This document shows, in pieces, positions 26,924 through 35,783 of a stretch of DNA of 64,000 nt. Each line of letters opens with the position of its first letter. Within the stretch, counting starts at the first letter, position 1. A model generated the notes under the pieces. It made no database searches. It was not told the DNA's origin and was given only the letters and a program-made list of their open reading frames with translations. Source of the stretch: Candidatus Lambdaproteobacteria bacterium RIFOXYD2_FULL_56_26. Lineage in GTDB: Bacteria; SAR324; XYD2-FULL-50-16. Both the position numbers and the translations under genes were made by a program. The DNA is taken from assembly GCA_001783715.1 (NCBI GenBank), contig MFNF01000027.1, positions 3,290 to 67,289 on the forward strand, in the 5' to 3' direction.

Positions 26924-27683
26924 GCTTTTGTGCCTGTTCCTGGGGCTCTTTCACGGGGTGAACGCCTTTGCCGCCTATGAAGAAATGGGGGTGGAGGACA
27001 ACAACGAGTTCGGGGGCCGGACCGTCTTGTTCCGCAAGGTGGAAGAGGGCATCTCTCGGGGCCGCAATTCCTACGATTCGGCGGGAAAGATCATGCGGGA
27101 GGAGCGGACCTTTTCGGACGACTGGGCAAACATCCACGGCACCAAATCGGTGACCAACGAATACCTGTTTGACATCAAGATCAAGGAAGAGCGGACTTTC
27201 TCGGCGACCTACGCCACCACCCGGCTGATCGCCAAAACCACTACCTTTTTTGAACAGGCCACCGGCACCAAGGTCCGGGTCCGCAACGATTTTGCCGAAG
27301 AGTACCTGGGCTACAACATCACCTACTACGACCTGGGGGTCAAACAGCGGATGGAGTGGTTCTACCCGAAAAACGAGTTGGGTTACGTCCAGGTCAACAC
27401 CTTTTACGACCCTTCGGGAAAGTTGATCCGCACCGAGAACCTGTACACCGAAAAATCCATCCGGTTTGACGGTTGCAGCAAAAGCGTTTTTTATTCGGAA
27501 GGGGAAAAGCGGCTCAAACGGGAGTGGTTTTTTACCGAAACCTATGCCAAAGCCAACAACGGAGCGGTGCGCAAGGTGACGGTTTATTTTGACAACCCCA
27601 ACTTCCCCATTGCCCCCAAGACCTATTACTTCAACGACCAAGACGAAACCGTGACCCCGGCCCAGCCCTTTGAGGAGGACTAG
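26904..27683 (+). CDS. Secreted hypothetical protein with internal ~30-aa beta-rich repeats
   Basis: Signal peptide; repeated E.(T/W)F(S/T)...YA....G..K.(V/T).Y units. Confidence 0.7.
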   Translation: MTATPIRLLCLFLGLFHGVNAFAAYEEMGVEDNNEFGGRTVLFRKVEEGISRGRNSYDSAGKIMREERTFSDDWANIHGTKSVTNEYLFDIKIKEERTFSATYATTRLIAKTTTFFEQATGTKVRVRNDFAEEYLGYNITYYDLGVKQRMEWFYPKNELGYVQVNTFYDPSGKLIRTENLYTEKSIRFDGCSKSVFYSEGEKRLKREWFFTETYAKANNGAVRKVTVYFDNPNFPIAPKTYYFNDQDETVTPAQPFEED

Positions 27684-28957
27684 GCGGTAGGCTTGGCCCG
27701 GTAAAAGAACCAAGTCCCCAGGCCCAAGGGCAGGAGCAGGGAGGCAAAACCCAGCCTTGTACCCAGGTGGGGGTCGGAGCCGCTCCACCCCAGGGAAACC
27801 ACCAAGCCCACCCCGCCGATCAAGGCCGGACCTAAGATCGTGGCGAATTTTCCCAGCATGTTGTAAAAGCCAAAAAACTCTCCGGCCTGTTCTTTGGGGA
27901 TCAATCCGGCAAAATAACTCCGGCTCAAGGCCTGCACCCCTCCTTGGACCACCCCGATCAACCCGGCCATCAAAAAGAATTCCCACCGCACCGAAAGCCC
28001 CACCGCCCAAAGGCAGACCCCGGCATAAACGGCTAAGCAAAGGTAGATCATCCGCCGGACCCCAAACCTTGCCCCACCTTTGGCAATGACCAAGGCCGAA
28101 GGAAAGCCGATCAACTGGACCATCAACAAGGCCAGGATCAGGTCCCCACTTTCAAAGCCCAAAGAAAGGCCGTAGTCCACCGCCATGACCACCAAGGTGT
28201 CCACCACATCAATGTACAGCCAATAGGCGACCAAAAAGGTCCAGGCGGTCCGGTAGCTTTTCAGTTCCTGGTAGGTTGCAGCCAGCTCGGCCCAGGTTTG
28301 GGTCCACAGGGCCTGGGAGGGGGGAACCTTCTTTTCGGGGACCCAAAAAAAACAAAGAAAGCTGCCCAAAGCCCAGGCGACCGAAGAGGTCAAAAAACTG
28401 GCCTGAACCCCCTGCTGGGCCCCTTCGAGGCCAAAAAAACCGGGGGCCTTGACCATGGCCAGATTGAGGGCAAAAACCAACCCGCCGCTCAGATACCCGA
28501 AGGCGTAACCTAGGCTGGAAACCCAGTCCCGCTGGTCCTCCGGGGCCAAGCTTGGCAGCAGGGCATCATAAAACAGGTTGGCCCCGTAAAACCCGAAAAT
28601 AGCCCCGCTGTAGGCCAAAACCGCCAGCGGCCAACCTCCGGCGGGGATCAGGGCCAAAAGACCGGTAAAACAAAACCCCAGGCTGGAGAAAGCCAAGAGG
28701 AACCAACGTTTGTTGCCCCCTTGGTCGCTCAAGGCCCCCAAAAACGGGGCGCACAATGCGACCACCAGGCTGGCCACCGAAACCGTTGCTCCCAGCCGAG
28801 CGGTGCTGAGTGCAGGGTCAACCCCTTGGCTCCAAAAGCTTTTAAAGAAAATAGGGAAAAACCCGGCCATCACGGTGGTCGTAAAAACCGAGTTGCCCAT
28901 GTCGTAGCTAACCCAACCCCAAAGGGCCTTGGGAGGGATTTTAGGGGAGGTTTCCAT
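27680..28957 (-). CDS. MFS transporter, UMF1/Atg22-like
   Basis: WVSYDMGNSVFTT, FYDALLP, VSSLGYAFGY, QALSRSYFA..IP, EFFGFYNMLGKF. Confidence 0.9.
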   Translation of the reverse strand: METSPKIPPKALWGWVSYDMGNSVFTTTVMAGFFPIFFKSFWSQGVDPALSTARLGATVSVASLVVALCAPFLGALSDQGGNKRWFLLAFSSLGFCFTGLLALIPAGGWPLAVLAYSGAIFGFYGANLFYDALLPSLAPEDQRDWVSSLGYAFGYLSGGLVFALNLAMVKAPGFFGLEGAQQGVQASFLTSSVAWALGSFLCFFWVPEKKVPPSQALWTQTWAELAATYQELKSYRTAWTFLVAYWLYIDVVDTLVVMAVDYGLSLGFESGDLILALLMVQLIGFPSALVIAKGGARFGVRRMIYLCLAVYAGVCLWAVGLSVRWEFFLMAGLIGVVQGGVQALSRSYFAGLIPKEQAGEFFGFYNMLGKFATILGPALIGGVGLVVSLGWSGSDPHLGTRLGFASLLLPLGLGTWFFYRAKPTA

Positions 28958-29073
28958 GAGCTTTTTTACCCCCTTTCCCTCGAATTGGCCAGTTGGTTTT
29001 GGGTACCAATTGATTCGTCCGAAGAATTCAGGTAGAGGTAAGGTCACAAAACCTCAAACCCTGTTGTAGCAAG

Positions 29074-29511
29074 ATGAAAAAAACCGAGTTGATCGTAGTG
29101 ATGAAGGCCGCTATCGCCATGGCGCAGAAGGACGGCAAGCTGGAAAAGCCGGAGGCGGAGTTGATCCAATCCCTGCTGGACATCGCCGACCTGACCCTGA
29201 CCGACATCGGCGGGCTGGATGTCCCCAGAGGCAAAGGGGACCCGGAAGAAGCGGTGGTCGCCTTGGAGTCGGTCAAGGCCAAGCGGGTTTACCTCTTGAC
29301 CCTCGCTTGTGTGGCTATGATCGATGGAGTTTTGGACCCGGCGGAAGCGGAGTTTTTTGCTGCCAAGGCCAAAAAACTGGGTGTAGGGACCATTGATGTG
29401 GGGAAAATGACCCTGGAGAAGGCGATAGCTACGCTGGAACGGGTGATTGCTGAGGGGAAATCCATGGGCGGGTCAACCGGACCGCAGCCCAGCGACATTG
29501 ATCTGATGTGA
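29074..29511 (+). CDS. TerB-like protein, paralogue 1
   Basis: MAQKDGKLEKPE and VAMIDGVLDPAE...LG motifs. Confidence 0.75.
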   Translation: MKKTELIVVMKAAIAMAQKDGKLEKPEAELIQSLLDIADLTLTDIGGLDVPRGKGDPEEAVVALESVKAKRVYLLTLACVAMIDGVLDPAEAEFFAAKAKKLGVGTIDVGKMTLEKAIATLERVIAEGKSMGGSTGPQPSDIDLM

Positions 29512-29520
29512 GGTAACAAA

Positions 29521-30012
29521 GTGATGGACCCGGAGATGCAAAAAATCCTGGAAATCGGGGGACGTGCGGCGGCAGACATTGACAAGGCAATGCACACCCA
29601 TCCGATGGAGGACAAGGTCACCCACCAAGACGTGCTTTTGATGGTCCAAGCAGCTCTGCAAATGGCCCAGCGGGACGCAAAGTTGGAAGTTTCCGAGAAA
29701 AACCTGATCGCCAGGATGGTCAAGATAGGACGGGTCAACCCCCAGGAGCTTTCGGAGATCAAAGACATGTCCCATGAAGACATCGGCCTGATGATTGACC
29801 GACTGAGCGGTAAAAAAGCCCGCAAGGCCTTTTTGCTCACCCTGGTGGCGGTGGCCATGGCGGATGAGGAACTGGAGGCTTCGGAAAAACAGATGATCGA
29901 AAGCCTGACCGAAAAGCTGGGGGTTGGGCACATCGACCTTTCCAAACACAACTTTTTGGAAGTGGAAGACTTGGTGATGAAGTTTGTCGCCTCTGCGGCG
30001 GTTTCTCGGTAG
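29521..30012 (+). CDS. TerB-like protein, paralogue 2
   Basis: MAQRDAKLEVSE and VAMADEELEASE...KLGV motifs; aligns with the upstream gene. Confidence 0.75.
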   Translation: MMDPEMQKILEIGGRAAADIDKAMHTHPMEDKVTHQDVLLMVQAALQMAQRDAKLEVSEKNLIARMVKIGRVNPQELSEIKDMSHEDIGLMIDRLSGKKARKAFLLTLVAVAMADEELEASEKQMIESLTEKLGVGHIDLSKHNFLEVEDLVMKFVASAAVSR

Positions 30013-30031
30013 TAACCTTACAAGGGTGACC

Positions 30032-30061
30032 AAAAGGGGGCTTGTGGCCCCCTTTTTTTTT
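30032..30061. terminator. Bidirectional intrinsic terminator
   Basis: AAAAGGGGGC-ttgtg-GCCCCCTTTTTTTTT between the convergent TerB-like gene and acs. Confidence 0.85.
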
Positions 30062-30082
30062 GCCCAAAGGGCAGGTTAAGGG

Positions 30083-31972
30083 TTATTCCTCCAAGGTGGA
30101 GAGGTCTCCTTCGTCTTGCCCCAAGGCCCGGGCCTTCAAAACCCGGCGCATGATCTTGCCGCTCCGAGTCTTGGGCAAGCTGTCCACAAACACGATTCCA
30201 TCGGGCCGGGCGATTTTCCCCAAATGGTCGGCCACTTGGTTTTTGAGGCTTTCGGCCAAGTCTTCCGAAGGGGACTGGTTGGCCCGAAGGATTACATAAC
30301 AATGGATGGCATTGCCCTTGAGTTCGTGGGGCAGGGCAATGGCCGCCGCCTCGCTGACCGCCGGGTGCCCCACCAAGGCGGACTCGATCTCTGCGGTCCC
30401 CAGGCGGTAGCCAGAAACCTTGATCACATCGTCAATCCGACCGATGATCCAAAAATAACCGTCCTCGTCCCGTTTGGCCGAGTCGCCCACCGTGTACCAG
30501 CCCTGGGCGGCATACCGGGACCAGTAGGTCTCCTGGTACCGGTCCGGGTCCTTGTACACCGTGCGGGCCATGCCGGGCCAGGGGTTTTTGATCACCAAGC
30601 TGCCCTCTTCGCCGGGCCCCACTTCCTTGCCGTGGTCGTCCACCACTGCACATTCGTTGCCGAAGAAGGGCTTGGTGGCACTGCCCGGCTTGAGCGGGGT
30701 GATTGGCAAGGGGGTGATCATAAAGCCGCCGGTTTCGGTTTGCCACCAAGTGTCCATGATTGGGCAACGTCCGCCGCCGATGACCCGGTGGTACCAGCGC
30801 CAAGCTTCCGGGTTGATTGGCTCTCCGACCGAGCCCAAGAGCCGTAGGGAGGAAAGGTCGTGCTTGGCCGGCCAGGATTCCCCGAAACGCATCAGCCCCC
30901 GCACCGCGGTGGGGCTGGTGTACAGAATGTTGATCCCGTACTTTTCGATCATCGACCACCAGCGGTTGGGGTAGGGGTGGTTGGGGGCCCCTTCATAGAG
31001 GATCAAGGTGGTGCCGTTGATCAGGGGGCCATAAACGATGTAGCTGTGCCCAGTGATCCAGCCCGGGTCGGCGGCGCACCAGTAGCGGTCTTCGGGCTTG
31101 ATGTCAAAGACCATCTTGTGGGTGGTGCTGGCATAAACCTGATAACCCCCATGGGTGTGGACCAGCCCTTTGGGCTTGCCAGTGGAGCCGGAGGTGTAGA
31201 GCAGAAAAAGCATGTCCTCGGCATCCATCGGCTCGGTCTCACATTTGGGCGAGGCGACCGGAAGCTTGTAGAGGTCGTGGTACCAGTAGTCCCGGTCGTT
31301 TTCCATGTAAACCGGTTGGCCGGTCCGTTGCACACAGATGCAGACTTCGACGGTAGGGCAGTGTTTAAGCGCCTCGTTGGCAATGGACTTGAGGTCCACC
31401 GGTTTGCCCCGGCGGTAGCCCCCGTCGGCGGTGATCACCACCCTGGACTGGGCATCGTTGATCCGGTCTCGCAGGGCATCGGCGGAAAACCCGCCGTACA
31501 CCACCGAATGGGCCGCCCCGATCTTGGCGCAGGCCAGCATGCCAAAGACCAGCTCGGGCAGCTGGGGCATGTACAGGGTGACGATCTCACCCTTTTTTAC
31601 CCCCATGGCCTTGAGGATATTGGCAAACCTGCTGACCTCCCGGTTCAGGGCGTGGTAGCTGTAGCTGTGTACGTCCCCCGGCTCCCCTTCCCAGATGATC
31701 GCCAGTTTGTTCCGGTTGCGGGTGACCAAGTGCCGGTCGATGGCGTTTTGGACGATGTTGGTCTTGGCTCCGGTAAACCACTTAAAAAAGGGTTTGTTCG
31801 AGTCATCCAACACCCGGTCCCACTTTTTGTACCAGTCCAAGGCCTCCGCCTGTTCGGCCCAGAATCCTTCCCGGTCAGTGATGGAACGTTGGTATAGGGC
31901 ATCGTATTCCTTGACCGTGGCGTACTCGACCACTGAGGGGTCGGGGTGGTAAAATTTGGGTTCTTCAGCCAT
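30083..31972 (-). CDS. acs: Acetyl-CoA synthetase
   Basis: YTSGSTGKPKG, ADPGWITGHSY, SVGEPINP, DTWWQTETG, GRIDDVIKVSG, PKTRSGKIMRR. Confidence 0.97.
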   Translation of the reverse strand: MAEEPKFYHPDPSVVEYATVKEYDALYQRSITDREGFWAEQAEALDWYKKWDRVLDDSNKPFFKWFTGAKTNIVQNAIDRHLVTRNRNKLAIIWEGEPGDVHSYSYHALNREVSRFANILKAMGVKKGEIVTLYMPQLPELVFGMLACAKIGAAHSVVYGGFSADALRDRINDAQSRVVITADGGYRRGKPVDLKSIANEALKHCPTVEVCICVQRTGQPVYMENDRDYWYHDLYKLPVASPKCETEPMDAEDMLFLLYTSGSTGKPKGLVHTHGGYQVYASTTHKMVFDIKPEDRYWCAADPGWITGHSYIVYGPLINGTTLILYEGAPNHPYPNRWWSMIEKYGINILYTSPTAVRGLMRFGESWPAKHDLSSLRLLGSVGEPINPEAWRWYHRVIGGGRCPIMDTWWQTETGGFMITPLPITPLKPGSATKPFFGNECAVVDDHGKEVGPGEEGSLVIKNPWPGMARTVYKDPDRYQETYWSRYAAQGWYTVGDSAKRDEDGYFWIIGRIDDVIKVSGYRLGTAEIESALVGHPAVSEAAAIALPHELKGNAIHCYVILRANQSPSEDLAESLKNQVADHLGKIARPDGIVFVDSLPKTRSGKIMRRVLKARALGQDEGDLSTLEE

Positions 31973-32299
31973 GTTGCTCTCCAGTTGGGTAAATCCAGGG
32001 TTGGCCGGGAGGGTAAGGTCTTTGGGTGCCGAAAGTTCGACTGAGTTACCCATAACACGACCTGCCGTTGGAGAGCAACACTGGGGATGGGGGCAAAGGG
32101 ACTTTGTGGGAGGGGGGAGCCAAAAAGACGGGCAACCTGAAGGCCGGTCCGGGGCCGCAAGAGAAGGCGGGTGGGGGAGGGCTTCGGGAGCGGGGGCAGG
32201 GAAACAAAAAGTTCTTGCAGGTCAGATAGTTTATATATATAGATACACAAATACTTTCTAGCAACCCCGGTCCCCGCACCCTTACCCCCCCAGGTCCCG

Positions 32300-33190
32300 A
32301 TGAAAGCCAAGCTGTCCCTGCTCTTTTCCCTTTCCTTGTTTTTGGTCACCGGTCCCGTGTTTGCGGCGGAAGCGAAGTACAAGCCCTTTGTGCTCGCTTC
32401 GGTCTCCCAGGAATCGCTGGAAGCCACCCAGGCCAAGGTAAAGTCGGCCTTGGCGGTGGCGGGGTTTGAACTGGTCGGGGAAGCCGCCCCTTATCCGGGG
32501 GTGACCTTGGAGGTCTTCTCCAACCAGGGGCTCAAGGAGCTGGCCGCCAAATCGAACATGGGTGCTTTTGGGGCGATGGTTCGGGTGGCGTTGGCCCAGA
32601 CCAGCGAAGGGTTGCAGGTCTCCTACACCAACCCGGTTTACTGGGGCCATGCCTACCAGATGACCGGCGATTTTGGACCGGTGGCGGCCAAGCTGGAGGC
32701 GGCGCTGGGCAAGGTCAAGGAGTTTGGGCCGGAACAAGGGCTCACCGCCGAGGACCTGCGGGGATACCATTACAAGATGATGATGCCTTATTTTAAGGAC
32801 CTGGACCTGCTGGCCGACTACCCCAGTCAGGAAGAAGCCCTGGCGGCGGTGGAAGCCGGGCTGGCCAAAAAGGCCGGTGGGGTGTCCAAAGTGTACCGGA
32901 TCGACCTGCCCGGCAAGGCGGAGTCCGTCTTTGGAGTGTTGATGACCCAAAAGTTGAGCAGCGATGCAGCGATCATGAAGGAAATCGACTTTAAGCCGAC
33001 CAAAAGTGCCGCCCACCTGCCCTATGAACTGGTGGTTTCGGGCGGCAAGGTTTACGCCCTGTCGGCCAAGTTCCGTATTGCCATCAGTTTCCCCGACCTT
33101 TCTATGATGGGAGCCAACAGCTTCATGAAGATCATGGATGCCCCCGACGACATCAACGGGGCACTCAAGGCGGTGGCCGGGGGGCATTAA
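32300..33190 (+). CDS. Conserved periplasmic hypothetical protein
   Basis: Signal peptide; YKPFVLA, VSYTNPVYW, LRGYHYKMMMPYF, AHLPYE, FRIAISFPDLSM. Confidence 0.75.
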   Translation: MKAKLSLLFSLSLFLVTGPVFAAEAKYKPFVLASVSQESLEATQAKVKSALAVAGFELVGEAAPYPGVTLEVFSNQGLKELAAKSNMGAFGAMVRVALAQTSEGLQVSYTNPVYWGHAYQMTGDFGPVAAKLEAALGKVKEFGPEQGLTAEDLRGYHYKMMMPYFKDLDLLADYPSQEEALAAVEAGLAKKAGGVSKVYRIDLPGKAESVFGVLMTQKLSSDAAIMKEIDFKPTKSAAHLPYELVVSGGKVYALSAKFRIAISFPDLSMMGANSFMKIMDAPDDINGALKAVAGGH

Positions 33191-33332
33191 AAAATCTTCC
33201 GCCCAAGGGGCCGGTGGCTCCCTGGGCGCTTTAGCTTTATTCCCAAAAAATCCCCAGCTCGCAGGTTGACAAGGGGCTGATCGGTTGGTCAGCCAAAAGG
33301 ACCTTGGAAACCGCACCCATTTTGGACCTGTG

Positions 33333-33764
33333 ATGAAAGCTTTGGTTTTGGGGCTGTTGGCCCTGCTGCTTGCCCTGCCCGCTTTGGCGGGTGCGCCGGA
33401 ATTGATGAAGGAACGGATGAAGGGCTTTGAAGCCGCCTACCTGGAATTCCAGACCAGCCTGATGCGCCACGACTTTACCGGGATGCAAGGGGCAATGGCC
33501 AAGCTCAATAACCAGGGCACCCTGCCCGGACCGGTCCGGGCGGCCATTCGGGCCAGTTTTGACGACCGGGATTTTGGTAATTACCTGCGGCTGGACGAGT
33601 ACACAAGGCTGATGGCTGATGAGGTGACCCAGGCCGCCCAAACCAGGGATGCCCAAAAGGTGCTGATTGCTCAGGGCCGGTTGGTGATGGGTTGTGTCCA
33701 GTGCCATGACGGATTTAAGGCTCGGGCTACCCAAGCGATGGAACGAGCGGCCCAGGCGGAGTAG
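33333..33764 (+). CDS. Class II (four-helix, c'-like) cytochrome c
   Basis: Signal peptide; single CVQCH near the C-terminus. Confidence 0.8.
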   Translation: MKALVLGLLALLLALPALAGAPELMKERMKGFEAAYLEFQTSLMRHDFTGMQGAMAKLNNQGTLPGPVRAAIRASFDDRDFGNYLRLDEYTRLMADEVTQAAQTRDAQKVLIAQGRLVMGCVQCHDGFKARATQAMERAAQAE

Positions 33765-33776
33765 CGGCGGTTACAA

Positions 33777-33804
33777 AAGTGAATATTTAATATATTATTC
33801 ACTT
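33777..33804. promoter_or_regulatory. AT-rich palindromic operator candidate
   Basis: AAGTGAATA-N10-TATTCACTT perfect 9-bp inverted repeat. Confidence 0.6.
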
Positions 33805-33876
33805 GTCACGATATGGTGGTCAAGGTAGAGTGAGAGTACTTTTGGAACTCTTTTCACCCTGAACTTTGGTAGCCCG

Positions 33877-34299
33877 ATGAAACCTCTCCTCCTTTTCTTT
33901 TTGCTGCTCCCGATTTTAGCCGTCCCGACCGTCCAAGGGGCCAACCTGGAGTTGTCCCAGATGATGACCGGGTTGGGGGCCAATACCTACTCTCTGGGGG
34001 AGGCTCTGGAAGCGGGGGACCTGAGCCGGGCTCAGGTGATGGCCGAGCGGATCGTCAATCACCCTCAAGCCGGTCCGGCAGTCCTCAAGGTGGTGAAAGC
34101 CACCTTGGGCAAGGAAATGGGGAGCTTCAAGGGCTTTGATGACCGGACCCACCTTGCCGGGGAAGCTCTGATCGAAGCCGCCAAAAAAGGGGATCTGCCC
34201 TCTGCCCAAGCGGCCTTTGGCAACCTCGCCGCCGGTTGTGCCGGTTGCCACCAAGCCTTCCGGGCCAAGGTTGCCGCTGCTTTGGCCGAGGCTCCATGA
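33877..34299 (+). CDS. Class II (c'-like) cytochrome c
   Basis: Signal peptide; CAGCHQAFR near the C-terminus. Confidence 0.85.
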   Translation: MKPLLLFFLLLPILAVPTVQGANLELSQMMTGLGANTYSLGEALEAGDLSRAQVMAERIVNHPQAGPAVLKVVKATLGKEMGSFKGFDDRTHLAGEALIEAAKKGDLPSAQAAFGNLAAGCAGCHQAFRAKVAAALAEAP

Positions 34300-34358
34300 G
34301 GGCCGAGCTGTGCCCGTTCGCTCCGGTTTTTCCCACCCTCTTTTTTTAAGAAACTGTG

Positions 34359-34907
34359 ATGACGGTCAAAGAGTATTTTTCCAAAATGAAAGGTCGGACC
34401 GTCAGCCCTCCGACCGTCTCTCGGATGGAAACCCTCTGGTCCTGGTTGGGTAGCTTTTTGGGGATATTGGCGGTGGCGGTGGCCCATTGGTCTTGGGCGC
34501 TGACCACCCCAGACATGGTTATGCTGATCGGCAGCTTTGGGGCGACGGCGGTGTTGTTGTACGGAGCCCCGGCCAGCCCTTTGGCCCAGCCGCGCAACCT
34601 TTTGGGCGGCCACTTTTTGTCGGCCCTGGTGGGGGTGACCTCGCTCAAGCTGCTGGCCCCCTATCCCGAGTTGGCTTCGGCGCTGGCGGTCTCCCTGGCG
34701 ATTGTGGTGATGCACCTGACCAAAACCCTGCACCCTCCGGGCGGGGCCACAGCGTTGATTGCGGTGACTGGGTCCCAAAGGATCCATGACCTGGGGTATT
34801 TTTACGCCTTCATCCCGGCTCTTTCGGGGGCGCTGTTGATGTTGGTGGTGGCGTTGTTGGTCAACAACTTGGCTCCGGCCCGAAGGTACCCGGATTTTTG
34901 GTGGTAG
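34359..34907 (+). CDS. HPP family membrane protein
   Basis: IGSFGATAVLLY, SPLAQPRN, LHPPGGATAL. Confidence 0.93.
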   Translation: MTVKEYFSKMKGRTVSPPTVSRMETLWSWLGSFLGILAVAVAHWSWALTTPDMVMLIGSFGATAVLLYGAPASPLAQPRNLLGGHFLSALVGVTSLKLLAPYPELASALAVSLAIVVMHLTKTLHPPGGATALIAVTGSQRIHDLGYFYAFIPALSGALLMLVVALLVNNLAPARRYPDFWW

Positions 34908-34966
34908 GTACCGGGGCCAAGGCAGGCCCCGTCTGAGGTGTGCGGGAGAGCTGCTTCGCCCGAAGG

Positions 34967-35590
34967 CTAGGCCATGCCCCGGTCCAAGGCGTAGCGGATC
35001 AGCCCGGCTAGGTTGTCGATGTTCAACTTGAGCATGATCTTGGCCCGGTGGGACTCGACGGTCCGGTGGCTGAGGTTGAGTTCAGTAGCGATTTCCTTGC
35101 TGGTCTTGCCTTGCGCAATCAGCTGCAAAACCTCCTTTTCCCGGTCCGACAAAGGCTGCGGTTCCAGGGACGGGCGGGTGAGCTTCTGGCTCAACTTGAA
35201 GGCCACGTACTTCTTGCCGGACATCACCTGATCAATCGCCACCAGCAACTCTTCCACGGCGGTGTCCTTGATCAGGTACCCATCGGCATCTTCCTTGAAC
35301 ATGTTTTTTTGGTAAAGCTCCCCTTGGTACATGCTGAGGGCGATAACCTTGATGGAGGGGTGCTCCTTTTTGAGCCAACGGACCAGTTCAAATCCGTCCA
35401 CCCGGGGCATGTCGATGTCGGTCAGCACCAGATCGGGGAGGAGCCCTCCGATCATCTCAATGGCCTGCTGCCCGTCTTGGGCGGTGAAAACCTGATCCGG
35501 GCCAAAGGCATCGCCCAGCAGTTTCTTGATCCCATGCCGGAACAGGGCGTGGTCATCGACCACCAAAATTTTAAAGTCTTTTTTTTCCAT
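34967..35590 (-). CDS. NarL/LuxR family response regulator
   Basis: VVDDH, DIDMP, LSDREKEVL, IATELNLSHRTVESHR. Confidence 0.95.
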   Translation of the reverse strand: MEKKDFKILVVDDHALFRHGIKKLLGDAFGPDQVFTAQDGQQAIEMIGGLLPDLVLTDIDMPRVDGFELVRWLKKEHPSIKVIALSMYQGELYQKNMFKEDADGYLIKDTAVEELLVAIDQVMSGKKYVAFKLSQKLTRPSLEPQPLSDREKEVLQLIAQGKTSKEIATELNLSHRTVESHRAKIMLKLNIDNLAGLIRYALDRGMA

Positions 35591-35783
35591 CGCTCCAGCC
35601 GGTAATCAGCCCCTCCATGCACACCCTACAGGGGTTTTGGAGCGAATAGCAAGGGTAAAGTCCGCCCAGACTAAGGGGGATGCCTAGGGATCAACCAGGG
35701 TTTGTCAGGGGGCAAACAGCAGCCCTCTCTCTCCAGCTACCCTATGGAGCCTGCCGGACGGGGCCAAAGAGGGATTCCGTCCT

